Position numbers and translations under genes: made by a program. Shown one piece after another: positions 12,429 to 26,995 of a stretch of 64,000 nt of DNA. The notes beneath the pieces were generated by a model. It searched no databases. It was not told where the DNA came from and saw only the letters and a list, made by a program, of their open reading frames with translations. Source of the DNA: Octopus vulgaris (lineage: Eukaryota); assembly GCA_951406725.2 (NCBI GenBank), contig OX597838.1, positions 22,568,001 through 22,632,000 on the forward strand, in the 5' to 3' direction. Every line of letters begins with the position of its first letter. The stretch's first letter is position 1.

Positions 12429-12816
12429 ATATCTCTATATATAATATATATATATATATACACCAGAGTAAGCACATAAATGTGAAACAAGGTAGAAAAA
12501 AATAGTACTCGAATACCAGAGGTAGAGTAATATGCTTTATTAATAAGGCTGCAAATATATATTCTAGAAGAAAGACAGGAGAAATACAGCGAGATATTCG
12601 AATACTATACTTAAACATACACTGTTGCTTAATTTCAGCGACAAACGTGGAAGGAAAAATTAGAAAGAGAAGAAAAGATACGCAGCCTTATTATGAACAA
12701 CAGCGAAGCCCTCTCATTGGCAGGAACTGAAAGCAAAAAGTGCTACTTACTCATAGACCAATCCAGTACAAATCGGTTAAAGAAACTAGAAAAGTATACA
12801 ATAAATATCTGAAGGA

Positions 12817-12860
<44 letters not shown>

Positions 12861-12980
12861 GAGAGAGAGAGACAGAAGACAGAGGGAGAGAGTGAGAGAG
12901 GTAAAGACAGAGAGAATAGCATATTATTGATTTGGGACTAAACGCAGCGATATTAAAGCACAAAACGAATTTTTTTGTTA

Positions 12981-13288
12981 TTTGTTTCTGTCCATTAGAC
13001 TGCGGCTCAGCTGGGACAGGGCCTTGAAGAAGAATTTTAGTCGAACGAATCGACCTCGGTACTTATTTTAATTTTTTTTTTTTTCATTTAAGCAAGGTAC
13101 TTATTCTATCGGTTCTTTTACTCAACAGCTAAGTTACGCGGACGTAAACACACCAACAGCAGTGGGCAAGCGGTGATGACGTACGATATATACGCATACA
13201 TACATACATACATACATACATACAGACATATATACATACCTACATACATACATACATACATACATACATACATACATGCATGTATACA

Positions 13289-13324
<36 letters not shown>

Positions 13325-13605
13325 TATACATATATATGTGTGTGTATATATATATATATATACACACACATAAACATATATTTGTGTGTGTGTGTATGTA
13401 TGTATGTATGTATGTATGTATGTATGTATGTATGTATGTATACGACAGGCTTCTTTCAGTTTCTGTCTACCAAATCCACTCACAAGGATTTGGTCGCCCC
13501 GAGGCTATGGTAGAGGACACTAGCCCAAGGCGCCACGCAGTGAAACTGAACCCCAAACCATGTGGTTGGGAAGCAAGCTTCTTACCACACAGCCACGCCA
13601 GCGCC
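12981..13605 (-). mobile_element. SINE family A, diverged, long internal microsatellite
   Basis: Head GGCGCTGGCGTGGCTGTGTGGTAAG on the minus strand; tail present. Confidence 0.88.
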
Positions 13606-13752
13606 TTATTTGACCGTTGTACAAATACATGCCATTAGTCACACTCGGTTATTTCCCCTAGGTATTTGCATTTTCATTTATGCAAATTACTCGGGCCATA
13701 AATGTGTTTTACTCTTATTGTTTGCCATTTTTTTCGTCATTTATTATTTTTG

Positions 13753-14275
13753 TTTGTTTCAGTCATTGGCTTGTGGCCATGCTGGGGCACCGCCTTGAAA
13801 GATTTAGTCCAACAAATCGGCCCACATTGTTTTATTATTTCAAGCCTGGTAATTATTCTATCGGTATCTTTGCTGGACTGCTGTTGTTGTTGTTGTTGTA
13901 AAGGTGATTAGGTGATGATCTAGGGCTTAGGGGCGGGAGACCCCAGACCTTGGAAAGAAAAAACTTTGGTGGTCTTGTTGTAGTCGAGGGCTCTTCGTTG
14001 ACGCCCGACACCACTGGGAGGTGGCCCTCGAAGTCGCTGGAAATGGAGATCTCCAGGTTCAAATTCTTGGACGGCTGCTGGACTGCTAGGTTACAGGGAG
14101 ATAAATAAACAGACACCGGTTGATAAGCGGTAGTTAGGGAACTGACACAAACACAAACACCCACCAACCAACCCACACACACACACAGATAGATAAGGTA
14201 CCGCGCACAGTGGGACTGAAAGCAAGACCATATGATTGAGGAAGTAGGTTTCTTCCCACGCAGTCACGCCTGTGC
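13753..14275 (-). mobile_element. Old SINE family A copy interrupted by a younger insertion
   Basis: Tail at 13753-13880; body resumes at 14088. Confidence 0.8.
13883..14075 (-). mobile_element. Retroposed insert with (CAA)n tail and 12-bp TSD
   Basis: TGCTGGACTGCT at 13871-13882 and 14076-14087; (GTT)n at the left end. Confidence 0.8.
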
Positions 14276-14553
14276 AAGTGAGGACGATCATTCACGGATA
14301 TGCCAACTGTTCACTAACCAACAGGACTGACTTACCATCTGTTCTGAAAATCAATATCTAGACGATCAGATAGATATATTCTGCCGAACAACGACAGCAA
14401 CAAACCAAGTACTTTTAAACGTAACAGGACATGACAAACCCAACATCATTAAGATTAATGCAAAACTTAATTCTAAAAATAAACGGGTGATCTTTCAACT
14501 CCAGTCCTACAATTTTGCAAAGTCAGCCTTCGTTGGTTTCCGAAACACTGTAA

Positions 14554-14966
14554 GGCGGCGAGCTGGCAGAAACGTTAGCACGCCGGGCGAAATGCGTAGC
14601 CGTATTTCGTCTGCCGTTACATTCTGAGTTCAAATTCCGCCGAGGTCGACTTTGCCTTTCATCCTTCCGGGGTCGATTAAATAAGTACCAGTTACGCACT
14701 GGAGTCGATAAAATCGACTTAATCCGTTTGTCTGTCCTTTGTCCTCTCTGTGTTTAGCCCCTTGTGGCTAGTAAAGAAATAGGTATTTCATCTGCCGCTA
14801 TGTTCTGAGTTCAAATTCCGCCGAGGTCGACTTTGCCTTTCATCCTTCCGGGGTCGATTAAATAAGTACTAGTTACGCACTGGAGTCGATATAATCGACT
14901 TAATCCGTTTGTCTGTCCTTGTTTGTCCTCTCTGTGTTTAGCCCCTTGTGAGTAGTAAAGAAATAG
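14554..14966 (+). mobile_element. SINE family B dimer with 18-bp TSD
   Basis: Full head GGCGGCGAGCTGGCAGAAACGTTAGC; TSD GGTTTCC(G/T)AAACACTGTA at 14535-14552 and 14966-14983. Confidence 0.93.
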
Positions 14967-15362
14967 GTTTCCTAAACACTGTATCAGAGCCGTTCAGTTC
15001 AGTTTCAGATCCTCCTGCGTTCGCTAGCCACTTTGGACAGCAAGTTGAAACCACAGGTTTGGTTTCTTGGCTGCGGTTTTCCACACGATTTTCTATCTCA
15101 TGCTGGTTATGAAAGTTCTGCCCCAAGAAGATTTTGGTCTTCAACTCTTTCATTTTTTTTTTTTTAAGCTTGATTGGAGTCCAGTAGCCGCAATAGCTGA
15201 TCTGCTAGTTTTGGGCACAAGGCCAATAATTTAGGGGGAGCTGAATAGATAGTTCGAATTACATCGACCCCAGTATTCAACTGGTACTTATCTTATCGAC
15301 TCTGGAAGAATCAAAGTCAAAATCGACCTCGATTTTCGAAATTATGTATGTATGTATGTCTA

Positions 15363-15426
<64 letters not shown>

Positions 15427-15429
<3 letters not shown>

Positions 15430-15811
15430 TTATATATAAAAGAGAGGTTGTGTGTCTGTCTCCTACGATTTAGATTACTAACTACTCCCACATTTTGCGG
15501 TGCAGTTTAACCAAAACCGGGTATCTTATAGTCGTGATTCATATCGAGCCCTTCTGTGTATTAGCGCGCGTCTACGATGAGTCTACGATTTAAAAAATAA
15601 TTTACCATCATTTTTTTCCATTTTAATGCATTTTTTCGCTATTATATAAGGGAAGTAACTCTCTAAAAATTTCTACGATGAGTCAACGATTTTTTAAAAA
15701 ATTTACCATCATTTTTTTTCCCATTTTTTTGCTATTTTTTGGCTATAACTCTAAAAATGCTTAAATAGTTATTTCCCTTACAAACCCGAGCGACGCCGGG
15801 CGATACTGCTA

Positions 15812-15812
<1 letters not shown>
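15427..15812 (+). mobile_element. Non-autonomous Helitron in a (TA)n tract
   Basis: A^TC 5' end, GC-rich hairpin CCCGAGCGACGCCGGG at 15785-15800, 3' CTAG^T, no TSD; internal duplication of about 55 bp at 15571 and 15672. Confidence 0.88.
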
Positions 15813-15848
<36 letters not shown>

Positions 15849-16051
15849 TGTGTGTGTAGATATATGTGTATGTGTTTGTTTGTATGTATGTATGTACACG
15901 CAGGCGCGCAAATATGTGCACAATGTTAATCAGCGTTCACATAAGGACTCTTATACATAAAGTGACCCTATAATAATTTAAAATGGGTGTTGCGAGCTGA
16001 TCTTATCTCAACTCATTTCCTTACGTTGGTTTAGCGTTATTACATATATAC

Positions 16052-16112
<61 letters not shown>

Positions 16113-16216
16113 TGTATGTATATATAGGTATATATATGTGTATACATATATATATGTATGTATATATATATATTGTATGTATGTATATATATATATATGT
16201 ATATATATCCTTATTA

Positions 16217-16248
<32 letters not shown>

Positions 16249-16342
16249 ATGTATACATACATACGTATATGTAATATGACCTAGAAACCCATACACATAT
16301 ATACATACATATATATACGCATGTGTATATATATATTGTATG

Positions 16343-16392
<50 letters not shown>

Positions 16393-16649
16393 TATATATA
16401 CACACACAATATATATATACATATAACTAGAGAGATATATTGATATACATGTATATATATATACACACACATACGTATATATATGTATGTATCATGTATG
16501 TATATGTGTATGAGTTTGTATGTCATATTACATATATGTATGTATGTATACATACACACACACATACACACATATATAGATATATATATATATTAAATAG
16601 GATTATTATGGAGTAACATAGCATTATATACACACAGGCACGCACACAC

Positions 16650-16698
<49 letters not shown>

Positions 16699-16992
16699 GA
16701 ATATATATAAATATATATATGTACACATACACACATATACACAGAGGCACATTACAGGTTTATACATATTTAATAGATATGCCGAGAATATTCACTTGTT
16801 GTTTATTTATATTTATTTATTTATTCGGCAATTGTTGTTGCTTTTGTTATTTTCATTTTTATATTTTGTCATTTTTTTTTTTGTCATTTTTTTTTTTTGT
16901 CATTTTTTTTTTTATATGAAATTACTTGGACAGTTTCCGCTTCTCACGCATTGATGTCAACAACCTATTGAAGGAAGGAAGGATGTGTGCGC

Positions 16993-17062
<70 letters not shown>

Positions 17063-17370
17063 TGTTACCGCCTTTCGATTCCTGTCTAATAAATATAATA
17101 GAGAAAGTGAAACTGAGAGAGAGACAGAGAGACAGAGAGACAGAGAGAGACAGACAGATAGAGAGACAAATGGACAGAGACAGACAGACAGACAGACAGA
17201 CAAAGAAAGAAGGGTGAGTGGGGAAGTGTAGAGGTAGACAATTGGGTGGACAATGGATGGACAATAAAGAAACAATGGATGGACAATTGGACAATGTCGA
17301 AGACAATTAGACAATGGACTCTGTGAGCGCTTTAACTAATGTAATACATACACAAAGACATATATATACG

Positions 17371-17450
<80 letters not shown>

Positions 17451-17475
17451 TACATATATATAGATATACATATAC

Positions 17476-17522
<47 letters not shown>

Positions 17523-17598
17523 TATATATATATACATGTATGTATTTATGTACGTATATATATATATATGCATATGTAAATATCTATATATACGTATG

Positions 17599-17687
<89 letters not shown>

Positions 17688-18258
17688 TATATGTATGCAT
17701 ATATGCGTGTGTGTGTGTGTGTGTGTTTTAATGTATTTACTGCTTGCACTAACTAATTAGGTTGCAGCGAAACTGGGGCTCCGCCCTCAAAAGGGTTTTC
17801 GTCCTTCGCTTCGATAGTAACTACCTATTACTGTCTTATACTAATGTCATTGATCGATATTAACAGTGTTCAACACTGGTTAAGCAACGATTAAACGTAA
17901 AACACACATGCCCACTGTCTCACACACACCCAAACCTACATACATACATACATGTATACACACTTGTACGTATATATGTACGTATATTCACACAATGCTT
18001 CTGAAAAATGAGAGGCTTCTTTCATTCTGTCAGTTTTAATGTTTTTGCTCCAGCTATCACTCCGTTTTCTTTTGATGTTTTATCTTGTCTTCTTTCAGCT
18101 ATTTTGAATCAATTTTACCATCTCTCTTTCTGTCTATCTATCTCTCTCCCTCTCTGTTTCTCACCGACTTGTTTACATACTTCATCAATTCTTTTCCTTT
18201 CTCAGTATCTATCTAATCATCTTTCTTGACATATACATATGTGTAAGTATGAGGAATA

Positions 18259-18770
18259 CCGCAAATCCTCGAGTATAACCCGCATTTTTTTCCCCAAAAT
18301 TTAAAGGTCAAAATCCCTAGTGCGTACTATATACGAGGTAAAAAATGAAAATTATTTTCTAAGCAATGTCCGAGTCTAAATTTGCTGTCCGGCAATGTTT
18401 ATTCAGACGTATTTTATGATGTCGGGCGCGAAAATACCTTAAGCTAAGCCTGAAAGCAATGAAGTCATAAAAGAATCATCCATAACTTGCAGTAAGCAAC
18501 ATTTATTAAACGTTATTACTGTTATTTCTTTATTTTCTGCAAACAAAATGCACGAAAAAGCTACACGTTTGCATTATGTTATGTATACAATAATAATAAA
18601 GGACTTTACCGTATACAGTTTTACAAACCAAGGACGTTATATAGACCTCCTTGACCCAAGTTAGAGAAGGTGTGCGTATTATACACAAGGTTTAGGTCTT
18701 TCAGAGGTACAACCCCCTAAAAAACCCTGCGTATCATACTCAAGGGTGGACTGTACTCGAGGATTTACGA
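18259..18770. mobile_element. Tc1/mariner-superfamily (Tc2/pogo-like) MITE
   Basis: TIRs CCGCAAATCCTCGAGTATA and TGTACTCGAGGATTTACGA flanked by TA, with subterminal TGCGTA.TATAC repeats. Confidence 0.85.
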
Positions 18771-19199
18771 TAACTATGAATTATCGCCCTTTTGATTCTC
18801 CTGCTTTTTTGCTATATCAATATGTTTTTATTCTCTTTTCTCTATGACTATGTTATAAATAATTTGACACCTTTGCAACTACTTGTCCACCTTTTTATTA
18901 TTTGATTATACTTTAATGAACTCGCCTGCTGCATTACCTATAGCCGACTCTCATCTGCACGGATTCCGTATCCGTGGGATTTTAAGCACTTAGTTCGATC
19001 AGACTCCATGTCTATTACATTTCACTTTTGACATCTTCTTACCTATTATATATAACAGGTAATCACATATATTTAAGTGTTGGGTAGGTTCTCAGAAGTA
19101 AGCCGATGAAGTACATTCACTACCTGACGTCATCCATGGTATTTATACAATTGTCGCTAGATCTAAATCGGAAATCCGTCGGTATACGTTGAGCATATA

Positions 19200-19626
19200 A
19201 CAAAAGATAGAGACGGTAAATGGAATATACTAGAAACTCGATTGCTCACAACGATCGTTTCGACTCATCCTGCATCGATCCCTATCTGGTGGGATACTGT
19301 ACAACAGGTTGTGGTGCATTCCTTGGTGCAGATGCATTTCTTCAGGGGACATTATAAGAGGCATCTCGTTAAATGATATCTCTTGCATCCCTCAACGAGA
19401 TACCCCTTATAACATCCCCTGGGGGTGGGTATATGGGGTATAAAGGGTATCATTTAACGAGATACCCCTTATAAAATCAGTTGAAGTGATGTGTCTGCAC
19501 CGAGGGATGCACCACAAGCAATTGTACAATATCCCAACCACGAGAGTTTGATCTAGGATGGGTCGAAACGATCGTTGTGAGCAATAAAGTTTTTCGTATA
19601 TTTCATTCTCCGTCTCTATCTTTTGT
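19200..19626. repeat. Long imperfect inverted repeat (arms about 180 bp)
   Basis: 19200-19378 is the diverged reverse complement of 19448-19626; a partial third copy lies in the spacer. Confidence 0.9.
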
Positions 19627-20081
19627 AATGTGTGTGTGTGGGGGGTACATACACACACACGCATATATTAAGATATAATTGGCTGAAAATTGATGGGTGG
19701 GCTATGTAGGTGAATTGGGTGCAACGGAACCATGTAAGCATTGATGTCGTGCTCAATTCCCAATGGTTCAGCTCACCCTTCTTTCAGTCAATTGTCTAGG
19801 TTTAGTCGCTCTAAATAAAGCATATATCATTGTAAACAATATATAAATATAGCTATTATTAAAACGAACCAATGTGTGTCGCTTTTTTTCTCCGGAATTT
19901 ACACCCTTTATGTTTGTTTACAAATTTATTAATGCATATCTGTGTATGTGTGTGTAATACGATGAGTATATAGGGATAAATTATCCAGGCAGATACTGTA
20001 AAAGTTCTCAGGTAGAGTCCAGGTTTCGGCTAGCCGCATTGTGTTGTAAGAAGTATCAAGGATCATTTAGGGTCATTTGAA

Positions 20082-20312
20082 GGCGGCGAGCTGGCAGAAA
20101 CGTTAGCACACCAGACGAATTGCATAGCCGTATTTCATCTGCCGTTACGTTCTGAGTTCAAATTCCGCCGAGGTCGACTTTGCCTTTCATTCTTTCGGGG
20201 TCGATAAATTAAGTACCAATTACGCACTGGGGACGATGTAATCGACTTGATCTCTTTGTCTGTCCTTGTTTGTCCCCTCTGTGTTTAGCCACTTGTGGGT
20301 AGTAAAGAAATA
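20082..20312 (+). mobile_element. SINE family B monomer
   Basis: Complete head to tail; CATTTAGGGT on both flanks (20064, 20313). Confidence 0.93.
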
Positions 20313-20394
20313 CATTTAGGGTGAGCAGGCCCACTGTTATTCTTCTAAGGCGTAAATGCGGGTTCGCTTCATTGAGTTATGAATATTTTCGGAC

Positions 20395-20463
<69 letters not shown>

Positions 20464-20595
20464 ATATATGTATATATTTATTAGTATTTCTTATAGTTAC
20501 AATTAATTTCTTAGCAAACTCACGCTCCTCTCTTACTCCGAAAACAGCTGTAGGTAGCAACACCAATACTCGCTAGTTCGCCAGTAAAATAGCCG

Positions 20596-20661
<66 letters not shown>

Positions 20662-21269
20662 ATATATCAAATTACCTCGACCTCTTCTTTTTCATTATAC
20701 GAAATACCAAGATACTTCACTATCATGCAAGATTTTTTCTTTCTATTCCTTTTTCTCTCTTTTTCTCTCTCTCTCTCTCTCTCTCTTTTTCTCTCTCTCT
20801 CTTCCTTTTATCTTTTTTCCATTATCTTATATTTTCTGACTTTTGGATGACCAATGATTATTTCTTTCGTTCTCACGCTATCCCACAATCTCAGACCTAG
20901 TCTATATTTCTTTATAATACTTGCTTTCTATCTCCTCCACCTCTCTCAGCACATGCACTACTTTCTCCTTCGATTGTGTCTGACTGAAAGAGAGAGAAAC
21001 AAGAAAAGCGAACGCGTGGCATTGTATTTAAATAGATAGAGAGAGAGAGGGGGGGAGGGGGAGAAACAGACAGACATACAGACAGGCAGATAAGAAGACA
21101 GACAATCAGACAAACAAACAGACAGGAAGACAGGAAGACAGGCAGATAGGCAGATGGCTTTCTATATTATATTCACGTTAAGTAAGATATACAGAATGCT
21201 ATTTCGTACTAGTACAGCTTTCATTGCTAACATATATATATATGTATGTACATATATATATATATGTAC

Positions 21270-21314
<45 letters not shown>

Positions 21315-21323
21315 CATATATAT

Positions 21324-21440
<117 letters not shown>

Positions 21441-21517
21441 GACACACAGACGGAGAGAGACAGAGAGAGATTGAGAGATAGATAAATAAATATATACATA
21501 CATACATACATACATAC

Positions 21518-21586
<69 letters not shown>

Positions 21587-22007
21587 GACCGTGTTTCTGC
21601 ACATTTTCTGTCTCTCATAGTTTTTTTTTCCGTACGCCAGTCAAATTTCCATTCAGTTGTTCAGCTTTAGATTAATGTTTCACATAGATTCGATTACATC
21701 CATCTTGAATTTCAACTCATAGACGTGTTCCGCTTTCTTCTTCCGTGAAATGGCGTTGGAATAGATTTACAGTTTATAAACCAATGAACAACGACGATTA
21801 TGTTTACATTGACTAACGATGAATGCAATCTTGATAAACGTAAATATTAATTAAGATCATTCCTTTTTATTGCATCTCAACAGCGATTCTTAATGCCAAC
21901 TGCACCTATCAGCCAATCGCTACAGACGTACGTTGGAGTGCATATCCGTTTATTCATCCATGGTTCTTCAGCCAAGCATAGAGAATTTTTTTTATATCTT
22001 TTATATA

Positions 22008-22486
22008 GGCGTAGGAGTGGCTGTGTGGTAAGTAGCTTGCTTACGAACCGCATGGTTCCGGGTTCGGTCCCACTGCGTTACACCTTGGGCAAGTGTCTTC
22101 TACTATAGCCTTAAGTAGAACAAATCCTTAAGTGGATTTGGTTGACGGAAACTGAAAGAAGCTCGTCATATATATATGTGTGTGTATTTGTGCCTGAGAG
22201 AGAGAGAGAGAATGTGTGTGTGTGCGTGTGTGTGTGTAAGCATGCATGTATATATGTATGTGTGAGTGTCTCTGTCTCTGTGTTTGCTCCCCACCACCAT
22301 ATCAGAACCGATGTTGGTGTGTTTACCTCCCGTAAATCTGCGGTTCGGCAAAAAGAGACTGATAGAATAAGTACTAACCTTCAAAAATCATAAGTGCTAA
22401 TATTGGTGTTTTTTCGACAAAAACCCCTTCAGGGTGATGTCCAACATGGCCGCTGTCAAATGACAGAAACAAGTAAAAGATAAAAA
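22008..22486 (+). mobile_element. SINE family A, full length
   Basis: A box TGGCTGTGTGG, B box GGTTCGGTCCC, tail present. Confidence 0.92.
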
Positions 22487-22864
22487 ATGTGTGTGTGTGT
22501 GTGTGTGTGTGTGTGAGTGTAAATGTACGTAAATTACAAGAGAACATGAAAGTGTAATGAATTTCAATAACTCATAGCTGTTTCTGCTATAAAATACAAT
22601 GCACACATAATTGAGTACTTGTGCACCACTTTATCGCTTCGTCAGAGCTGGATATGGACATGTGTGTGGGTTTGTGCTTATATTCCCTAACACTGCTTGA
22701 CAACCGGTGTTGGTTTGTTTACGAGCTCGGTAAACCGGAACCGACAGAATCAGTACCATTCTTTAAATCAAGTAAATGCTCGGGTTAATTTGTTCGACTA
22801 AAGCTCTTTGAGGCTGTGGACTGGCCTGCACGAGACCAGTGTCTGAAAAAGGATAAAGGAGGTT

Positions 22865-22917
22865 TAATCTGGTATCTATCAATCAATCTATCTATCTATC
22901 TATCTATCTATCGATCA

Positions 22918-22970
<53 letters not shown>

Positions 22971-22971
22971 A

Positions 22972-23017
<46 letters not shown>
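22865..23017. repeat. (TCTA)n microsatellite
   Basis: Direct reading. Confidence 0.95.
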
Positions 23018-23458
23018 GGGTGAATGTAGCAAGGATGGCACGTATGAATAACGAAGCCACCTTAACTATGATCCTATGAACCGTAAAAATTAATACAGAG
23101 AGTTGCTTATTTGTAAAAAAAAAATATAACATGTAACTTCATTGACCGAGGTTACCGTGGTCTTTTCCGTAGGCCTTTCTTTCCACTAGTAAACCTCACC
23201 TGTCCTCCCCTTTACACTTTATATTGACATTTCTGTGATAACGATCCCTAGTGGTCGATTTTTTTTTCTTTTTCCTTTTATTTTTATCCCTCCCTCTGTT
23301 TTTTGCTTTCCTCTTTCTTTCCTTTTACAATCCCTTTTGATCGAAAACCACCCCTCCTTTTTTTATCCCGTAAAAGAAAAGCTCTACCTTGTAATTTGTC
23401 CCGTCTGTGTACAGCCCTGTGTGGCTAATAAAGAAACATATCTATCTATCTATCTATC

Positions 23459-23538
<80 letters not shown>

Positions 23539-23679
23539 CGCACACACACATACACACACGTTCGTACTTTCGTTATGCATTCATCCATTTGACTGCGCGT
23601 CCAACCATGACATCATCTCTGTTGCCATTTAACTAGGTGCGTTTATACCTAGACTTCTTTCAGTGTTATATTGTCTTAA

Positions 23680-23725
23680 ACATATCTATATATACACTCA
23701 TGTATATATATATATATACACACAC

Positions 23726-23756
<31 letters not shown>

Positions 23757-24006
23757 TATATATATTTGTATATTAATATATATGTACATACATGTACATA
23801 CATGTATATCCACAGATATATAAACATATACATATATTAATATCTATATATACACATACGTATATATAACATATATACGTCTGTAAATATATATGTATAT
23901 ATAAGCATCTTATATATATGTATTCATGTATATGTATATATGTATATGCGTATATAAATATATATATATATATATATACATATGTCTTTGTAAATATATG
24001 CATATC

Positions 24007-24080
<74 letters not shown>

Positions 24081-24089
24081 TATATATAT

Positions 24090-24152
<63 letters not shown>

Positions 24153-24186
24153 ATATATATATATATGTATATATAATATATATATA

Positions 24187-24271
<85 letters not shown>

Positions 24272-24290
24272 TATATGTGTGTGTGCGTAC
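23680..24290. repeat. Degenerate (TA)n tract
   Basis: Direct reading. Confidence 0.95.
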
Positions 24291-24687
24291 GTGCGCGTGC
24301 ATACATGCATGAATGTACGTGGATCTATGCATGCGTATATTCTCTTTGACTGTAACAATATATGTACAGATAAGTTGCATTGTTCTCCCTTTATTCTTGT
24401 AACGACCTTGGAACGTGTACAGATGGAACTATTGAACTGAGTGTATGACGTCACGATCATTACGGTGACGTCAGAACGTCAGACCTGAAATCTTTGAGAA
24501 TCAAGTCTGCTTACCTTGGAGGCATATACTTCGAGAGACAATTGTATGGGAGTCGGTAGGAAGTATATAGTACAAGGATGTGCATGCATGCATGCGTGTC
24601 TGTATATGTGTGTGTGTGTGTGTGTGTTTGTGTGTGTGTGCGTATGTATGTACATATATATATATATATATATATAGAGAGATAGAT

Positions 24688-24722
<35 letters not shown>

Positions 24723-24729
24723 TAGATAT

Positions 24730-24788
<59 letters not shown>

Positions 24789-24971
24789 CAGATAGTTAGA
24801 TGAGCACAAAAACCAACAGGGAAGAACAGGTAGATTGATAGGTAAACATCTATACATGTGTGTCTATGTAGGTGCGTATGTATCTATCTGTCTATATATA
24901 TATATATATATGTATATGTAAATATATGTATATATATATATATATGTATATATAAACAAATTCATCTACAA

Positions 24972-25208
<237 letters not shown>

Positions 25209-25593
25209 TTAGATAGATAGATTGATAGATAGACGGCTGGATGACTGGCAGAGTTAAATAACAGATCAGCTTACACGAACATACACACACGCTTACACGC
25301 TCACACAGCCACACACACGCACGCACACACATACACATAGAGAGCCAATCAGACAAAAATTGCTAAATTGTATTATTGCATGATCTACTTATAAAGAAAT
25401 TTGAACGAAAGATCAATACAAAATATCGATCTGTGCATCTTAATGAATCAGAAATCCTGAAATTATACAAGGAGCAGAAGATCTTTTTTTGAAAAGTTCC
25501 ACTCATAGTCCGTTGCCAATGGGCGGAGTCACATGACTTCATTAAATGCACGTACTATTGAAATTAAAACAAATAAATATGTGTGCGCATGTG

Positions 25594-25708
<115 letters not shown>

Positions 25709-25832
25709 CCGTATGTGTCTGTGTATTTCAAATCCGTGAAGCTACAGTTTTAAAAGCCTTTCGCTGTGGAATATTTAACAGACGTAAATGTAACTTGTTA
25801 TTCTCTTCTTGCGCTAGAAAATAACGGAGATT

Positions 25833-25875
25833 GCCCTGACATGTTTCGCAGAACGTCGACAATTCTTCGGAGGAC
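25833..25875 (-). ncRNA. Minimal type I hammerhead-like motif (degenerate)
   Basis: GTCCT-CCGAAGA-(16 nt)-GAAA-CATG-TC-AGGGC: 5-bp stem I, ACATGT palindrome, GUC site; stem II poorly paired. Confidence 0.5.
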
Positions 25876-26072
25876 GAATAACATTTCAGGTTTCTGTTAA
25901 GAAAAGGAATTCAATTCTAAGCAAATCGCTTAGACTTCAAGTTTTACGGCAAGTCAAATCTAGCACCGCGCACGATTGAAAAAACGTGCGTGTTTGTGCA
26001 CGCTTTTGTGTGTGTGTGTGTATGTGTGTGTGTATGCGCGTGCGTGCATGTGTAAATGCATGTGTAAACAAT

Positions 26073-26492
26073 CAGGAGTGGCTGTGTGGTAAGTACCTTG
26101 CTTACGAACACGGTTCCGCCTTCAGCCCCAAGCGTGAAACCTTGGGCAAGTGTCTTCTACTATAGCTTCGGGCCGACCATAGTCTTGTGAGTGGATTTGG
26201 TAGACGGAAACTGAAAGAAGCCCGTCGTATATATGTGTATATATCTATATATAAGCATGTGTGTGCATATGTTTGTGTGTCTGCGTTTGTCCCAGCAACA
26301 TCGCTTGACAAACGATGCTGGTGTGTTTACGTGCCCGTAGCTTAGCGGTTCGGCAAAAGACACCGATAGAATAAGTACTACGCTTACAAAGAATAAGTCC
26401 TGGGGTCGATTTCTTCGACTAAAGACGGTGCTTCCAGCATGGCCACGGTCACATGACTAAAACAAGTAAAAGGGTAAAAGAGAGTAAAAGAG
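26073..26492 (+). mobile_element. SINE family A, near full length
   Basis: Head, body and tail are recognisable. Confidence 0.92.
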
Positions 26493-26494
26493 TG

Positions 26495-26577
<83 letters not shown>

Positions 26578-26587
26578 TTATACATAC

Positions 26588-26619
<32 letters not shown>

Positions 26620-26669
26620 ATGTATATACGATGGGTTTCCATGCATTCGTATTTTATAGATAGATAGGT

Positions 26670-26688
26670 AGATACATACATACATGAA

Positions 26689-26721
<33 letters not shown>

Positions 26722-26961
26722 GCATGCATGCATACATATATACATACATACATACATACATACATACATACATACATACATAAATACATACATACATACA
26801 TACATACATACATACATACATACATACATACATACATACATACATACCAGAAATATAGGCATACATACATACATACATACATGCATACATACATACATAC
26901 ATACATACATGCATACATACATACATACATACGCACATACATACATACATGAATACATACA

Positions 26962-26995
<34 letters not shown>

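Noticed and set aside
19103-19132. CCGATGAAGTA...TAC hammerhead candidate
   Set aside because: GAAA is replaced by CTGA and there is no stem I.
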